Shown: in pieces, positions 1 through 10,822 of the stretch
Layout of the letters: the number at the start of each line of letters is the position of its first letter
Numbering within the stretch: position 1 is the first letter of the stretch
Assembly (NCBI GenBank): GCA_018711275.1
Contig: DVIN01000080.1
Coordinates: 23,168-87,167, forward strand
Length of the DNA stretch: 64,000 nucleotides
Direction of reading: 5' to 3'
Source: Candidatus Pullilachnospira intestinigallinarum
GTDB taxonomy: Bacteria; Bacillota; Clostridia; Lachnospirales; Lachnospiraceae
Program-made: the position numbers and the translations under genes
The notes under the pieces: model-generated
Seen by the model: only the letters and a program-made list of their open reading frames with translations
What the model was told of the DNA's origin: nothing
Database searches by the model: none

Positions 1-485
1 AGATTATCCGGGACAGCCGGACGATTGCCGGACGGCTTTTTGCCCTTCCGGAATATGAACAGGCGGACTGGATTTATCTGTACATAGACTGCCGCAATGA
101 GGTAATGACCCAGGAGATTCTCAGTGAATCCCTTGCCAGAGGCAAGAAGGTAGCCGCCCCGAAGGTGGTGGGAAAAGAGATGATCTTTTACCGGATTTTC
201 GGCGAAGAAGATCTGGAGCCGGGGTATTTCGGCATCCGGGAGCCCCGGCCGCATCTCGATGTGGCCGACGGCAGCAGCGGACTGATGGTGATGCCCGGCG
301 TGGCTTTTGACCGTCAACGGGGAAGAGTGGGATATGGAGGGGGATTTTACGACCGGTATCTGGCCGCCCATCCGAACCTCTTCACTGCCGCCGTTGCCTT
401 TGAATTTCAGCTATTTGACCAGGTACCCCGGGAAGAGACGGACATTCTTCCCTGCTGCCTGATAACGGAAAAGCAAATTTACTGA
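1..485 (+). CDS. 5-formyltetrahydrofolate cyclo-ligase, 5' end outside window
   Basis: Frame 3 is open from nt 3 ([27 protein letters not shown]..) into tracked ORF 105..485; C-terminal [11 protein letters not shown] motif is typical of the family. Confidence 0.75.
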   Translation, partial: IIRDSRTIAGRLFALPEYEQADWIYLYIDCRNEVMTQEILSESLARGKKVAAPKVVGKEMIFYRIFGEEDLEPGYFGIREPRPHLDVADGSSGLMVMPGVAFDRQRGRVGYGGGFYDRYLAAHPNLFTAAVAFEFQLFDQVPREETDILPCCLITEKQIY

Positions 486-513
486 CAGATTCCCGAAAGG
501 AGAGTGGGACAGG

Positions 514-1761
514 ATGGAAAAACTGGAACAGTTGGGTATGCGGGCAAAGGAAGCGGAGATTGCTCTGCGGATGCTGACCACAGAAAAAAAGAATCAGGTG
601 CTGCGCCAGGCGGCCGACGACCTTCAGAAACGTGCGGACCGGATTCTCGCAGAAAATGAGAAAGACATGGAAAACGGCAGGAAAAACGGGATGAACGCCG
701 GACTGTTGGACCGGCTTTCTCTTACCCGGGAGCGGATCCGGCAGATTGCCCTGGGTCTTGAGCAGATTGCGGCCCTGGATGATCCGGTGGGCGAAGTGAT
801 CGGAATGAAGAAACGGCCCAACGGTCTTTTGATCGGTCAGAAACGGGTTCCCCTGGGCGTGGTGGGAATCATCTATGAAGCCCGTCCCAATGTGACCGCC
901 GATGCCTTCGGCCTTTGCTTCAAAACCGGGAATGCCGTAATTTTAAAAGGAGGAAGCGACGCCATTTTCTCCAACACAGCCATTGTGGACAGTATCAGAA
1001 AATCCCTGGAGGACTGTCAGGTGAACCCGGACGCGCTGCTTCTGATCACGGACACCTCCCGGGAAACTACGAAAGCTTTCATGAAACTGAACCGCTATGT
1101 GGATGTGCTGATTCCCAGAGGCGGAGCGGGACTGATCCGTTCTGTGGTGGAAAACAGCACCATCCCGGTGATCGAGACCGGAACCGGAAACTGCCATGTG
1201 TATGTGGATGAGACGGCGGATCTGGCCATGGCCACGGACATCATTCTGAACGCCAAAACCCAGCGGGTGGGCGTCTGCAATGCCTGTGAATCCATTCTTG
1301 TGCACGAAAAGGTGAAGGACCGGCTGCTGCCCGAACTGGGAGAACGCCTGAGAGAAAAGCAGGTGGAGATCCGCGGGGATGGAGCCGTCCGCGGGCTGAT
1401 TCCGGATGCAAAGGCGGCCACGGAGGAAGACTGGGGCCGGGAATATCTGGATTATATTGTCTCCATCAAAACGGTTTCCTCAGTGGATGAAGCCATCGCC
1501 CACATCAACCGGTATAACACAGGCCATTCGGAAGCCATCGTCACCGACAGCTACGAAAATGCCCAGAAGTTTCTGGATCTGGTGGATGCCGCCTGCGTCT
1601 ACGTCAACGCTTCCACCCGGTTCACCGACGGATTTGAATTCGGTTTCGGGGCGGAAATCGGAATCAGCACCCAGAAGCTTCACGCCAGGGGCCCCATGGG
1701 ACTGCTGGCGCTGACCACTACAAAATATATCATTTACGGCAGCGGACAGATCCGTTCCTGA
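514..1761 (+). CDS. proA: gamma-glutamyl phosphate reductase
   Basis: 415 aa, full-length ProA-like aldehyde dehydrogenase fold ([31 protein letters not shown]). Confidence 0.95.
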   Translation: MEKLEQLGMRAKEAEIALRMLTTEKKNQVLRQAADDLQKRADRILAENEKDMENGRKNGMNAGLLDRLSLTRERIRQIALGLEQIAALDDPVGEVIGMKKRPNGLLIGQKRVPLGVVGIIYEARPNVTADAFGLCFKTGNAVILKGGSDAIFSNTAIVDSIRKSLEDCQVNPDALLLITDTSRETTKAFMKLNRYVDVLIPRGGAGLIRSVVENSTIPVIETGTGNCHVYVDETADLAMATDIILNAKTQRVGVCNACESILVHEKVKDRLLPELGERLREKQVEIRGDGAVRGLIPDAKAATEEDWGREYLDYIVSIKTVSSVDEAIAHINRYNTGHSEAIVTDSYENAQKFLDLVDAACVYVNASTRFTDGFEFGFGAEIGISTQKLHARGPMGLLALTTTKYIIYGSGQIRS

Positions 1762-1794
1762 TTTTTGTCACGGAAGGGGGGAACCCTGCCAGGG

Positions 1795-1831
1795 GGACAC
1801 GGCCGCTTTGCGGTCCGTGTCCTGTTTTTTT
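1795..1831 (+). terminator. rho-independent terminator after proA
   Basis: GGACACGG..CCGTGTCC stem (1795-1802 / 1815-1822) followed by TGTTTTTTT. Confidence 0.6.
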
Positions 1832-1913
1832 CGCAACGCAGGTTCTAAAACCAAACCTGGCCGCATATAGTAAGTACAAAAAACTGAAATACAGATACAC
1901 GGAGGTACTTACT

Positions 1914-2804
1914 ATGATTGTATTAAACAGACGCTACTCTTATGAGGATATTTTTCAGGAAATGGAGGAGCTTTCCCGGCAGTATCCGGATTTTACCGTC
2001 TGCCGGTCCATCGGTACAAGCCATGACGGCAGGGAGATTCCCATGATGAGGGTTGGTCTGGGGAAAAAGACACTGGTGCTTACCGCGGGAATACACGGAA
2101 GAGAATCGGTAAATCCCATCCTGCTGGTGAAAATGCTGGAGGATTACTGCCAGGCGTTTGAAACGCAGGAAGAGCGTTACGGATACCAGGTTCAGAGCCT
2201 TCTTGACGGATGTTCCGTCGCGGTGATTCCTCTGGTGAACCCTGACGGCTACGAGATTGCGCTGCGGGGATTTTCCGTGATACATAATCCGATGCTGCGT
2301 CAGCTGTGCAAGATGAAGGAAATCGGCTGGCAGCACTGGAAATACAATGCCAGAGCGGTGGACATCAACCGGAATTTCCCCTGCCGCTCTTATATTCAGC
2401 AGCAGCTGGGAGAGTATCCTGCCAGTGAGAAGGAAACCCAGGCGCTGATTCAGGTATTCCGGGATTACGATACCCTGGGATATGTGGATTTTCACTCCAG
2501 GGGCCGGATTATCTATTATTACCGGCAGGCCATGCCATTTGCCTATAATCAGCGGAACCATAAGCTGGCCCGCTATCTGCAGAAGCTTTCAGACTACAGC
2601 CTGGGCAAACGGGAGGAAGAATATCTTTCCCGGCTTAACGGCGGAAGACCGGTGAATTATTTTTCGGAATTTCTGGGGAAGCCCGCCATCACAGTGGAGA
2701 CCGTGGAGGAGGACGCCTCCTATCCGCTGGATCCCGCCTACCAGGAAAAAACCTACCGGGAGATCTGCGCGCTTCCGCTGGAGCTTTTATCCCGGGCAAA
2801 ATAA
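1914..2804 (+). CDS. M14-family zinc carboxypeptidase (gamma-D-glutamyl-meso-diaminopimelate peptidase-like)
   Basis: GIHGRES (HxxE zinc site), VNPDGYE, NRNF, VDFHS motifs. Confidence 0.8.
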   Translation: MIVLNRRYSYEDIFQEMEELSRQYPDFTVCRSIGTSHDGREIPMMRVGLGKKTLVLTAGIHGRESVNPILLVKMLEDYCQAFETQEERYGYQVQSLLDGCSVAVIPLVNPDGYEIALRGFSVIHNPMLRQLCKMKEIGWQHWKYNARAVDINRNFPCRSYIQQQLGEYPASEKETQALIQVFRDYDTLGYVDFHSRGRIIYYYRQAMPFAYNQRNHKLARYLQKLSDYSLGKREEEYLSRLNGGRPVNYFSEFLGKPAITVETVEEDASYPLDPAYQEKTYREICALPLELLSRAK

Positions 2805-2828
2805 CAGAAGAGTACCTTGTTAAATCCA

Positions 2829-2857
2829 ATGACAGGGAAATAAACGAATGTTATAAT
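2829..2857 (+). promoter_or_regulatory. candidate sigma-A promoter for the small AT-rich gene pair
   Basis: ATGACA (2829-2834), 17-nt spacer ending in TGt, TATAAT (2852-2857). Confidence 0.35.
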
Positions 2858-2939
2858 AAAGAAAACCGGAGCAGCAGCTTTAGAAGGCATAGAATGTTAA
2901 ATAATGGGATAAACGAATAAGACAGGGAGGAATGATACT

Positions 2940-3212
2940 ATGATGTATCCTTTTATGACATTGAACGATGAAACGGAAATTGTACATTCTGACATGCAGG
3001 AAAACGGAACAGTAAAAGTGTATATTGAAAAACCGGATGAACAATATGGTTTTAAGCATGCTACATGCTGGCTTCCCAATTATACTTGGGAAGATATCTG
3101 CCATTTTTCCAAAGAAGAGATTGAACAGTTAGAAGAAATAATAAGATCAACGGCTCATCTTATTATTGAATTCTCTCAGGAAGGAGGATTTGAAAATGCC
3201 TCAAATCTTTAG
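2940..3212 (+). CDS. hypothetical protein (90 aa), first gene of AT-rich pair
   Basis: GGGAGG RBS just upstream of ATGATG; no family recognised; overlaps next gene by 17 nt. Confidence 0.5.
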   Translation: MMYPFMTLNDETEIVHSDMQENGTVKVYIEKPDEQYGFKHATCWLPNYTWEDICHFSKEEIEQLEEIIRSTAHLIIEFSQEGGFENASNL

Positions 3213-3474
3213 GATGGGAGAATACTGGATTTATTTCTGGACAAATGAGAGTAAACCACTTGAACCGATTCACGTACATATCGCCAAAGGAAAACCTTCC
3301 GAAAATGCAACAAAGGTATGGATTACTGGCGCAGGAAAATGTCTGCTCTGCAATAATAATTCAAGAATCCCTTCACATACATTGCGCAATATAATGAGAA
3401 TGATTGAGGCACGCAGTGCTGATATTATTCAAAAATGGTTTACATATTTTGGAGAAATACGCTATTATTGCTGA
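3196..3474 (+). CDS. DUF4160-like small protein
   Basis: GAAGGAGG RBS 8 nt before ATG 3196; MGEYWIYFWTNESKPLEPIHVHIAKG resembles the DUF4160 N-terminus (recalled from memory). Confidence 0.55.
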   Translation: MPQIFRMGEYWIYFWTNESKPLEPIHVHIAKGKPSENATKVWITGAGKCLLCNNNSRIPSHTLRNIMRMIEARSADIIQKWFTYFGEIRYYC

Positions 3475-3514
3475 ATGAGTATTATTTCAAATGTCCGGTG
3501 ACCATAAAATTGGA

Positions 3515-3544
3515 TTGAACGTTTCCGGAAGATTATGTTATAAT
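3515..3544 (+). promoter_or_regulatory. candidate promoter for miaB-mutSL-miaA
   Basis: TTGAAC (3515-3520), 18-nt spacer with TGt, TATAAT (3539-3544). Confidence 0.4.
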
Positions 3545-3680
3545 GTTGAACAGTGTGGCAGAAAGGCACTATTGAAAAATAAGATAGTATATGGCTGAAC
3601 ACAGCGCATGGATTTGCGTTTTGAAAGGAGATAAGGAGGAGGGCCGTATCATATGCACTGCGGCCTGACCGAAAGTCAGA

Positions 3681-5144
3681 ATGGAAAATACAAACAACCT
3701 GGAATGGGAAATGAGAGTTCCGGAGCTTCAGGGAGAGCAGATCCCCATGGAGGAACCGGAGAAACAATATTACTTTATGGCAAAATGCAGGGGAATCGTC
3801 AGAAAGAAGAGCGAAGAGCTGGGACGTCCCCTGTATTATACGGTGGTTACTTTCGGCTGCCAGATGAACGCCAGGGATTCAGAAAAGCTGGAGGGTATCC
3901 TGGAAGCGGTGGGCTATCAGAAAACAGAGCGTGAGGAGGATGCGGATTTCGTCATCTACAACACCTGTACGGTCCGGGAAAACGCCAATCAGCGGGTTTA
4001 CGGCCGGCTGGGGTATCTGGGAAGGCAGAAGAAGAGGCATCCCCACATGATGATTGCCCTCTGCGGCTGTATGATGCAGGAGGAGCAGGTGGTGGAGAAG
4101 CTGAAAAAGAGCTACCGGTTTGTGGATCTGGTTTTCGGCACCCACAACATTTTCCGTTTTGCCGAACTGCTCTGCACGGCCATGGATTCGGACCGGATGG
4201 TGGTGGATATCTGGAAGGATACGGACAAGATCGTGGAGGATCTGCCGGTGGACAGAAAGTACAGCTTCAAATCGGGAGTGAACATCATGTTCGGCTGCAA
4301 TAACTTCTGCAGCTACTGTATTGTACCTTATGTCCGGGGAAGAGAGCGCAGCAGAAATCCGGAGGATATTCTGAAAGAATGCCGCGCCCTGGCGGATGAC
4401 GGGGTCACAGAGGTGATGCTTCTGGGACAGAATGTGAACTCCTATGGGAAGAATCTGAATCCGCCGGTGTCCTTTGCGTCACTGCTTTCTCAGGTGGAGC
4501 AGATTCCCGGTATCCGCAGAATCCGGTTTATGACTTCTCATCCCAAGGATCTGTCCGACGAACTGATTGATGTGATGAGCCGCAGCAGCAAAATCTGCCG
4601 CCATCTTCATCTGCCGCTGCAGTCCGGCAGCAGCCGGATTCTGAAACTGATGAACCGCCGGTACACGAAGGAACAGTATCTGGAACTGGTGGACCGGATC
4701 CGGGCAGCAGTGCCGGATATTTCTCTGACCACCGATATCATCGTGGGATTTCCGGGGGAGACGGAGGAGGATTTCCAGGAAACCCTGGATGTGGTGAGAA
4801 GGGTGCGGTATGACAGCGCCTTCACTTTCATCTATTCCAAACGGACAGGCACCCCCGCCGCCGCCATGGAGGATCAGGTGCCGCCGGAGGTGGTGAAGGA
4901 CCGGTTTGACCGGCTTCTTGCCATGGTACAGGAGATTTCCCGGGAAATGTCTTCCCGTTTTACCGGTACGGTTCAGGAGGTACTGGTGGAGGAAATCAAC
5001 GGACAGGATCCGTCTCTGGTGACCGGACGGATGAGCAATAATCTTCTGGTGCATTTTCCGGGAGACGCTTCCATGATCGGTTCTTACCGGAAGGTTTCGC
5101 TGGATGCGTGCAAGGGCTTTTATTATATGGGAACACTGGTGTAA
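3681..5144 (+). CDS. miaB: tRNA-i6A37 methylthiotransferase (radical SAM)
   Basis: UPF0004 N-domain (TFGCQMN), radical-SAM CNNFCSYCIVP, C-terminal TRAM; sits next to mutSL-miaA. Confidence 0.9.
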   Translation: MENTNNLEWEMRVPELQGEQIPMEEPEKQYYFMAKCRGIVRKKSEELGRPLYYTVVTFGCQMNARDSEKLEGILEAVGYQKTEREEDADFVIYNTCTVRENANQRVYGRLGYLGRQKKRHPHMMIALCGCMMQEEQVVEKLKKSYRFVDLVFGTHNIFRFAELLCTAMDSDRMVVDIWKDTDKIVEDLPVDRKYSFKSGVNIMFGCNNFCSYCIVPYVRGRERSRNPEDILKECRALADDGVTEVMLLGQNVNSYGKNLNPPVSFASLLSQVEQIPGIRRIRFMTSHPKDLSDELIDVMSRSSKICRHLHLPLQSGSSRILKLMNRRYTKEQYLELVDRIRAAVPDISLTTDIIVGFPGETEEDFQETLDVVRRVRYDSAFTFIYSKRTGTPAAAMEDQVPPEVVKDRFDRLLAMVQEISREMSSRFTGTVQEVLVEEINGQDPSLVTGRMSNNLLVHFPGDASMIGSYRKVSLDACKGFYYMGTLV

Positions 5145-5165
5145 AAGAGAGGAAGGAACACGGTT

Positions 5166-7826
5166 TTGGCTAATTTATCACCAATGATGCAGCATTATGT
5201 AAAAACAAAGGAGGAGTACAAGGACTGTATTCTGTTTTACCGGCTGGGCGATTTCTACGAAATGTTTTTTGAGGACGCGGTGACGGTATCCCGGGAGCTG
5301 GAGCTGACGCTGACCGGAAAAGAATGCGGCCTGGAGGAGCGGGCTCCCATGTGCGGCGTGCCCTATCACGCGGCGGAAACGTATGTGAGCCGTCTGATTG
5401 AAAAGGGTTATAAGGTGGCCATCTGCGAGCAGGTGGAGGACCCGAAAACCGCCAAGGGTATGGTGAAACGGGAGGTGACCCGGGTGGTGACGCCGGGTAC
5501 CAATCTGAATACCCAGGGGCTGGACGAGGGGAAAAACAACTATCTGATGTCCATCGTCTGCATGGGCGACCGGTACGGAATCGCCGTGGCCGATGTGACC
5601 ACCGGCGACTGTTTCCTGACGGAAGTGGATCGCCAGCGGAAGCTCCTGGACGAGATCAACAAATTCATGCCGGCGGAGATCATCTGCAACGATGCCCTCA
5701 TGGTCAGCGGGCTGGATCTGGAGGATCTCAGAAGCCGGCTTCATATCGCGGTTTCCTCTCTGGAAGCCTGGTATTTTGACGATGATCTCTGCCACCGGAC
5801 ACTGACGGATCATTTCCATGTGGGTACGGTGGAGGGGCTGGGTATCGGAGATTACAGCTGCGGCGTCATTGCCGCCGGAGCGCTGTTCCGGTATCTTCTG
5901 GAAACTCAGAAAAATGCCCTGGTACATATGAACCGGATTGTCCCCTATGCGGCGGACAAATATATGATCATCGACAGTTCCAGCCGGAGAAATCTGGAAC
6001 TGGTGGAGACGCTGCGGGAGAAGCAGAAGCGGGGCTCTCTTCTGTGGGTGCTGGATAAAACAAAAACCGCCATGGGCGCCCGGCTGCTGCGCAGCTATGT
6101 GGAACAGCCCCTGATCGACGCGGAGGAAATCAACGAGCGGCTGGACGGCATTACGGAGCTGAATCTTCAGGCCATGCTGCGGGAGGAAATCCGGGAATAT
6201 TTAAACCCGGTATACGATCTGGAGCGGCTGGTCAGCCGGATCAGCTACCGGTCCGCCACACCCAGGGATATGATTTCCTTTAAAACCTCCCTGTCCATGC
6301 TGCCGCACATTAAAAATCTTCTGAAGGATTTTACCAGCCCGCTGATCCGGAGCATTGATGAGGATCTGGACGATCTTTCCGATCTGTGTGAACTGGTGGA
6401 ACGGGCGGTGGCAGAGGATCCGCCGCTTGGAGTACGGGAGGGCGGCATCATCCGTGACGGGTATAACGAGATGGTGGACGGTTACCGGAAATCAAAGACT
6501 GAGGGAAAAACCTGGCTGGCGCAGCTGGAAGCAGAAGAACGGGAGAAAACCGGCATCAAAAATCTGCGCATCAAATATAACAAGGTATTTGGATATTACC
6601 TGGAAGTTACCAACAGCTTCCGGGATCTGGTGCCCGATTATTACACCCGCAAACAGACTCTGACCAATGCGGAACGGTATATCACGCCCCGCTTAAAAGA
6701 GCTGGAGGATCTGATTCTGGGGGCGGAGGACAAGCTCTATGCCCTGGAGTATGATCTGTTCTGCCAGCTTAGGGATCAGGTGGCCCGGGAGATTCCGCGG
6801 ATCCAGAAGACGGCCCGGGCCATCGCCCGGCTGGATGTATTTGCCTCTCTGTCGGTGGTATCACAGAGGAACAATTATGTGCGGCCCACGGTGAATCACA
6901 AGGGCGTCATCGATATCCGCAACGGCCGCCATCCGGTGGTGGAGAAAATGATTCCTAACGATATGTTCATCGCCAACGACACTTATCTGGACAATGGAAA
7001 CCGGCGGGTGTCCATCATCACCGGCCCCAATATGGCAGGAAAATCCACTTATATGCGGCAGACGGCGCTGATCGTCCTGATGGCGCAGATCGGTTCCTTT
7101 GTCCCGGCGGAGAAAGCGAAAATCGGCGTGGTGGACCGGATTTTCACCCGGGTGGGCGCCTCTGACGACCTGGCCAGCGGCCAGTCCACCTTCATGGTGG
7201 AGATGACGGAGGTGGCCAATATTCTCCGGAACGCCACGCCGAAAAGCCTGCTGATTCTGGATGAGATCGGCAGGGGCACCAGCACCTTTGACGGACTTTC
7301 CATTGCCTGGGCGGTGATCGAGCACATCGCCAACCCGAAACTTCTGGGCGCCAAGACACTGTTCGCTACCCATTACCATGAGCTGACAGAGCTGGAGGGC
7401 AAGCTTCCCGGCGTCAATAATTACTGCATCGCCGTAAAGGAGAAGGGAGACGATATCGTATTTCTCCGGAAGATCATCAAAGGCGGCGCCGATAAGAGTT
7501 ACGGTATTCAGGTGGCCAAGCTGGCCGGTGTGCCGGAGTCGGTGATCGCCCGGGCCAAAGAACTGGTGGAGGAACTCAGTGACGCCGATATCACCGCGGC
7601 GGTAAAAGACCTGACCCAGCCGGTGAAGAAAGCGAAAACCCGTCCGGTTCACTATGATGAGGTGGATCTGGAGCAGATTTCCCTTTTTGATACGGTGAAG
7701 GATCAGGATATTCTGGAGGAACTGAAGGCCATTGACATTCCCAATCTGACGCCCATGGACGCGCTGAATACCCTGTACCGGCTTCAGAACAAACTGAAAA
7801 ACCGGTGGCAGGGTCAGGAAGCCTGA
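5166..7826 (+). CDS. mutS: DNA mismatch repair protein MutS
   Basis: 886 aa; LSPMMQHY..GDFYEMF N-terminus, Walker A GPNMAGKST, DEIGRGTSTFDG, TH.HEL. Confidence 0.97.
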   Translation: MANLSPMMQHYVKTKEEYKDCILFYRLGDFYEMFFEDAVTVSRELELTLTGKECGLEERAPMCGVPYHAAETYVSRLIEKGYKVAICEQVEDPKTAKGMVKREVTRVVTPGTNLNTQGLDEGKNNYLMSIVCMGDRYGIAVADVTTGDCFLTEVDRQRKLLDEINKFMPAEIICNDALMVSGLDLEDLRSRLHIAVSSLEAWYFDDDLCHRTLTDHFHVGTVEGLGIGDYSCGVIAAGALFRYLLETQKNALVHMNRIVPYAADKYMIIDSSSRRNLELVETLREKQKRGSLLWVLDKTKTAMGARLLRSYVEQPLIDAEEINERLDGITELNLQAMLREEIREYLNPVYDLERLVSRISYRSATPRDMISFKTSLSMLPHIKNLLKDFTSPLIRSIDEDLDDLSDLCELVERAVAEDPPLGVREGGIIRDGYNEMVDGYRKSKTEGKTWLAQLEAEEREKTGIKNLRIKYNKVFGYYLEVTNSFRDLVPDYYTRKQTLTNAERYITPRLKELEDLILGAEDKLYALEYDLFCQLRDQVAREIPRIQKTARAIARLDVFASLSVVSQRNNYVRPTVNHKGVIDIRNGRHPVVEKMIPNDMFIANDTYLDNGNRRVSIITGPNMAGKSTYMRQTALIVLMAQIGSFVPAEKAKIGVVDRIFTRVGASDDLASGQSTFMVEMTEVANILRNATPKSLLILDEIGRGTSTFDGLSIAWAVIEHIANPKLLGAKTLFATHYHELTELEGKLPGVNNYCIAVKEKGDDIVFLRKIIKGGADKSYGIQVAKLAGVPESVIARAKELVEELSDADITAAVKDLTQPVKKAKTRPVHYDEVDLEQISLFDTVKDQDILEELKAIDIPNLTPMDALNTLYRLQNKLKNRWQGQEA

Positions 7827-7870
7827 TAGAACGGTTCCGTCTGACATTACCATAGACAGAGGAGGAGCTT

Positions 7871-9838
7871 ATGAAACGACCGATTTCCGTATTGGACCAG
7901 AGTACCATCGATAAAATTGCCGCCGGCGAGGTGGTGGAACGTCCGGCCTCCGTGGTAAAGGAACTGGTGGAGAACGCCATCGACGCCGGGGCCAGCGCCG
8001 TCACGGTGGAGATCAAAGGCGGCGGGATTTCCTTCATCCGGATCACCGACAACGGTTCCGGCATTGAGCGGGACCAGGTGCCGCTGGCTTTTCTGCGCCA
8101 TGCCACCAGTAAAATCCGGCAGGTGGAAGATCTGGCAGCCATTTCCTCCCTGGGCTTTCGGGGTGAGGCGCTCTCCAGCATCGCGGCGGTTTCCCAGGTG
8201 GAGCTGATCACAAAACCCCACGAGGATCTGATGGGAACCCGGTACGTCATTGAAGGCGGTCAGGAAAAAAGTATTGAGGATGTGGGAGCACCGGACGGCA
8301 CCACCTTTCTGGTGAGAAATCTGTTCTATAATACGCCGGCCAGGGCAAAATTTCTGAAAACGCCGGCCACGGAGTCGGGATATATCAGCAGCTTCATCGA
8401 ACAGCTTTCCCTGTCCCATCCCCATATTTCCTTCAAGTTTATCCAGGACGGAAAAACGAAGCTGCATACCTCCGGGAACGACAATCTGCGGGAGGTGATT
8501 TACCAGGTATACGGCCGGGAAATCACCCGGGAACTGATTGAGGTACACAGTGTAACGCCGGACGGCGAGATGGAAATTTCCGGTTTTATCGGAAAACCCG
8601 CGGTGAACAGAGGAAACCGCAATTTTGAAAACTACTATGTCAACGGCAGATATGTGAAAAGCAAAGTGCTGATGAAGGCCATTGAGGACGCCTATCACAC
8701 CTTCACCATGCAGCATAAATATCCGTTTACCTCCCTGGATATTCAGATCCGGGGAGAGGATGTGGACGTCAACGTACATCCCACCAAGATGGAGGTGCGT
8801 TTCTCCCGCCAGGAAGAGGTTTACCGGCAGGTGTACCAGACCATCCGGCAGGCACTGCACCAGCAGGAACTGATCCCGGAGGTATCCGTGACAGAGGAAG
8901 GGCAGCGGAAGCCTGACGGGAAAGAGGCGTCTGTAAAAACGGGTATGCGGGAAACCGGTGCCGAACCTTTTGAGCTTCACCGCCGTCGGATGGAGGCCGG
9001 GAAACGCCAGGAGGCTGTCCAGACGCCGCCTGCCGCCGCATCGGCCATGGAACCGGCCGGAAACGGAAGATCCGGCAGCGCCTTACGATCTTCCACGCTT
9101 CCTGCGGCGCGGGAGGATATGGCTGCGGCACAGTTTATCCGGGAGCAAAACTCCTACCGGGCAAATCCTCCTGCGGATCCGGAGAAAAAAACGGAAGCTG
9201 CCCCCAAAAAGCCGGTACAGATGGAGCTTTTTGACGGGAAGCTTCTGTCACAGGAGGCCAGAAGCCGCCACCGGATCATCGGCCAGGTCTTTGATACCTA
9301 CTGGCTGGTTCAGATGGAGGACAAGCTGTATATCATCGATCAGCACGCGGCCCATGAAAAGGTGCTTTATGAACGGTTTGTGGCACAGATGAAAAAACAG
9401 GAGGTGTCCTCTCAGCTTTTGAGCCCTCCGCTGATCATTTCCCTGAATCTGCAGGAACAGGAGAAACTGAAACGGTATCTGGACGTTTTCGCCTCTCTGG
9501 GCTTTGAGATCGAAGCTTTCGGCGGAAAAGAATACAGTATCCGTGCCGTTCCCCAGAATCTGTACGGGCTGACGCGGCAGGAACTGTTCACGGAGATTCT
9601 GGATCATCTGGACGAAAATCCCTCGGACGCCACCCTGGAGGTTCTCTCGGACCGTCTGGCCACCATGGCCTGTAAGGCGGCAGTGAAGGGCAATACCTCC
9701 CTGTCCGCCGCGGAGGCCAGGGCGCTGATCGATGAACTTCTGGAACTGGAAAATCCATATAACTGTCCTCATGGAAGACCAACGATCATATCCATGAGCA
9801 AATATGAGCTGGAAAAGAAATTCAAACGGATCGTGTAG
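7871..9838 (+). CDS. mutL: DNA mismatch repair protein MutL
   Basis: GHKL ATPase N-terminus (IAAGEVVERPASVVKELVENAIDAG), Pro/Ala-rich linker, C-terminal CPHGRPT. Confidence 0.97.
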   Translation: MKRPISVLDQSTIDKIAAGEVVERPASVVKELVENAIDAGASAVTVEIKGGGISFIRITDNGSGIERDQVPLAFLRHATSKIRQVEDLAAISSLGFRGEALSSIAAVSQVELITKPHEDLMGTRYVIEGGQEKSIEDVGAPDGTTFLVRNLFYNTPARAKFLKTPATESGYISSFIEQLSLSHPHISFKFIQDGKTKLHTSGNDNLREVIYQVYGREITRELIEVHSVTPDGEMEISGFIGKPAVNRGNRNFENYYVNGRYVKSKVLMKAIEDAYHTFTMQHKYPFTSLDIQIRGEDVDVNVHPTKMEVRFSRQEEVYRQVYQTIRQALHQQELIPEVSVTEEGQRKPDGKEASVKTGMRETGAEPFELHRRRMEAGKRQEAVQTPPAAASAMEPAGNGRSGSALRSSTLPAAREDMAAAQFIREQNSYRANPPADPEKKTEAAPKKPVQMELFDGKLLSQEARSRHRIIGQVFDTYWLVQMEDKLYIIDQHAAHEKVLYERFVAQMKKQEVSSQLLSPPLIISLNLQEQEKLKRYLDVFASLGFEIEAFGGKEYSIRAVPQNLYGLTRQELFTEILDHLDENPSDATLEVLSDRLATMACKAAVKGNTSLSAAEARALIDELLELENPYNCPHGRPTIISMSKYELEKKFKRIV

Positions 9839-10801
9839 GTGAACAAATTGAAGGAACCATTTATTATACTGGCCGGTCCTACCGCGGTGGGTAAGACCGG
9901 TCTTTCGGTAAAGCTGGCGAAGGCTGCGGGCTGCGAGATCATTTCTGCGGATTCCATGCAGGTCTACCGCCATATGGATATCGGCTCCGCAAAAATCCGT
10001 CCGGAGGAGATGGAGGGAATTCCCCATTACCTCATTGACTGCCTGGAACCGACGGAAGAGTTCAACGTGGTGCGCTTTCAGCAGATGGCCCGGGCGGCGG
10101 TAAAAGAGATCCGCGGAAAGGGCCGGATTCCCCTCCTGGTGGGAGGCACCGGATTTTATATCCAGGCGGTGGCCTGGGATATTGATTTTGAGGCGAATCC
10201 CCAGGATACTTCCATCCGCAGGCGGCTGGAAGAGCTGGCCAAAAGCCAGGGGGCAGAAGCTCTGCACCAGATGCTGGCCGGGAAGGATCCCGCCTCCGCG
10301 GCGGCCATTCATCCCCATAACGTAAAGCGGGTGATCCGGGCGCTGGAATACTATGAACAGACAGGGACCCCCATTTCCGCCCATAACGAGGAACAGAAAA
10401 GCCATCCCTCCCCCTACAATCTGGCCTATTTTGTCCTGAACGATGACCGGGCAAGACTTTACCGGCGCATCGACGCCAGAGTGGATCATATGCTTCAGCA
10501 GGGACTGGTGGAGGAGGTTGCCCGGCTGAAAGCGATGGGCTGTCGCCGGGGGATGGTGTCCATGCAGGGGCTGGGTTATAAAGAGATCCTGGATTATCTG
10601 GAAGGACGGCTGTCCCTGGAGGATGCCGTTTACACACTGAAACGGGACACCCGCCATTTTGCCAAGCGGCAGCTGACCTGGTTTAAACGGGAACGGATGA
10701 CCGAATGGTTCTCCTGGCCGGATTACGGCGATGATCCGGACCGGATTCTGGAGGCCATGCTGGATTCTCTGAGACAGAAGGGAATCCTGCCAAATCATTA
10801 G
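9839..10801 (+). CDS. miaA: tRNA dimethylallyltransferase
   Basis: GPTAVGKT P-loop, ISADSMQVYRHMDIGSAK, HYLID. Confidence 0.95.
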   Translation: MNKLKEPFIILAGPTAVGKTGLSVKLAKAAGCEIISADSMQVYRHMDIGSAKIRPEEMEGIPHYLIDCLEPTEEFNVVRFQQMARAAVKEIRGKGRIPLLVGGTGFYIQAVAWDIDFEANPQDTSIRRRLEELAKSQGAEALHQMLAGKDPASAAAIHPHNVKRVIRALEYYEQTGTPISAHNEEQKSHPSPYNLAYFVLNDDRARLYRRIDARVDHMLQQGLVEEVARLKAMGCRRGMVSMQGLGYKEILDYLEGRLSLEDAVYTLKRDTRHFAKRQLTWFKRERMTEWFSWPDYGDDPDRILEAMLDSLRQKGILPNH

Positions 10802-10822
10802 AAAAGAGGAAAATACAATCAT

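Noticed and set aside
8940-9250. Pro/Ala/Glu-rich low-complexity segment in mutL, and the acidic D/E run in sepF at 28190-28330
   Set aside because: These are the normal disordered linkers between the N- and C-terminal domains of these proteins, not inserted elements.
10802-10822. No hfq after miaA, where many Firmicutes have miaA-hfq
   Set aside because: Only a 21-nt gap is present, but hfq is variably present in Clostridia, so this cannot be judged from one window.
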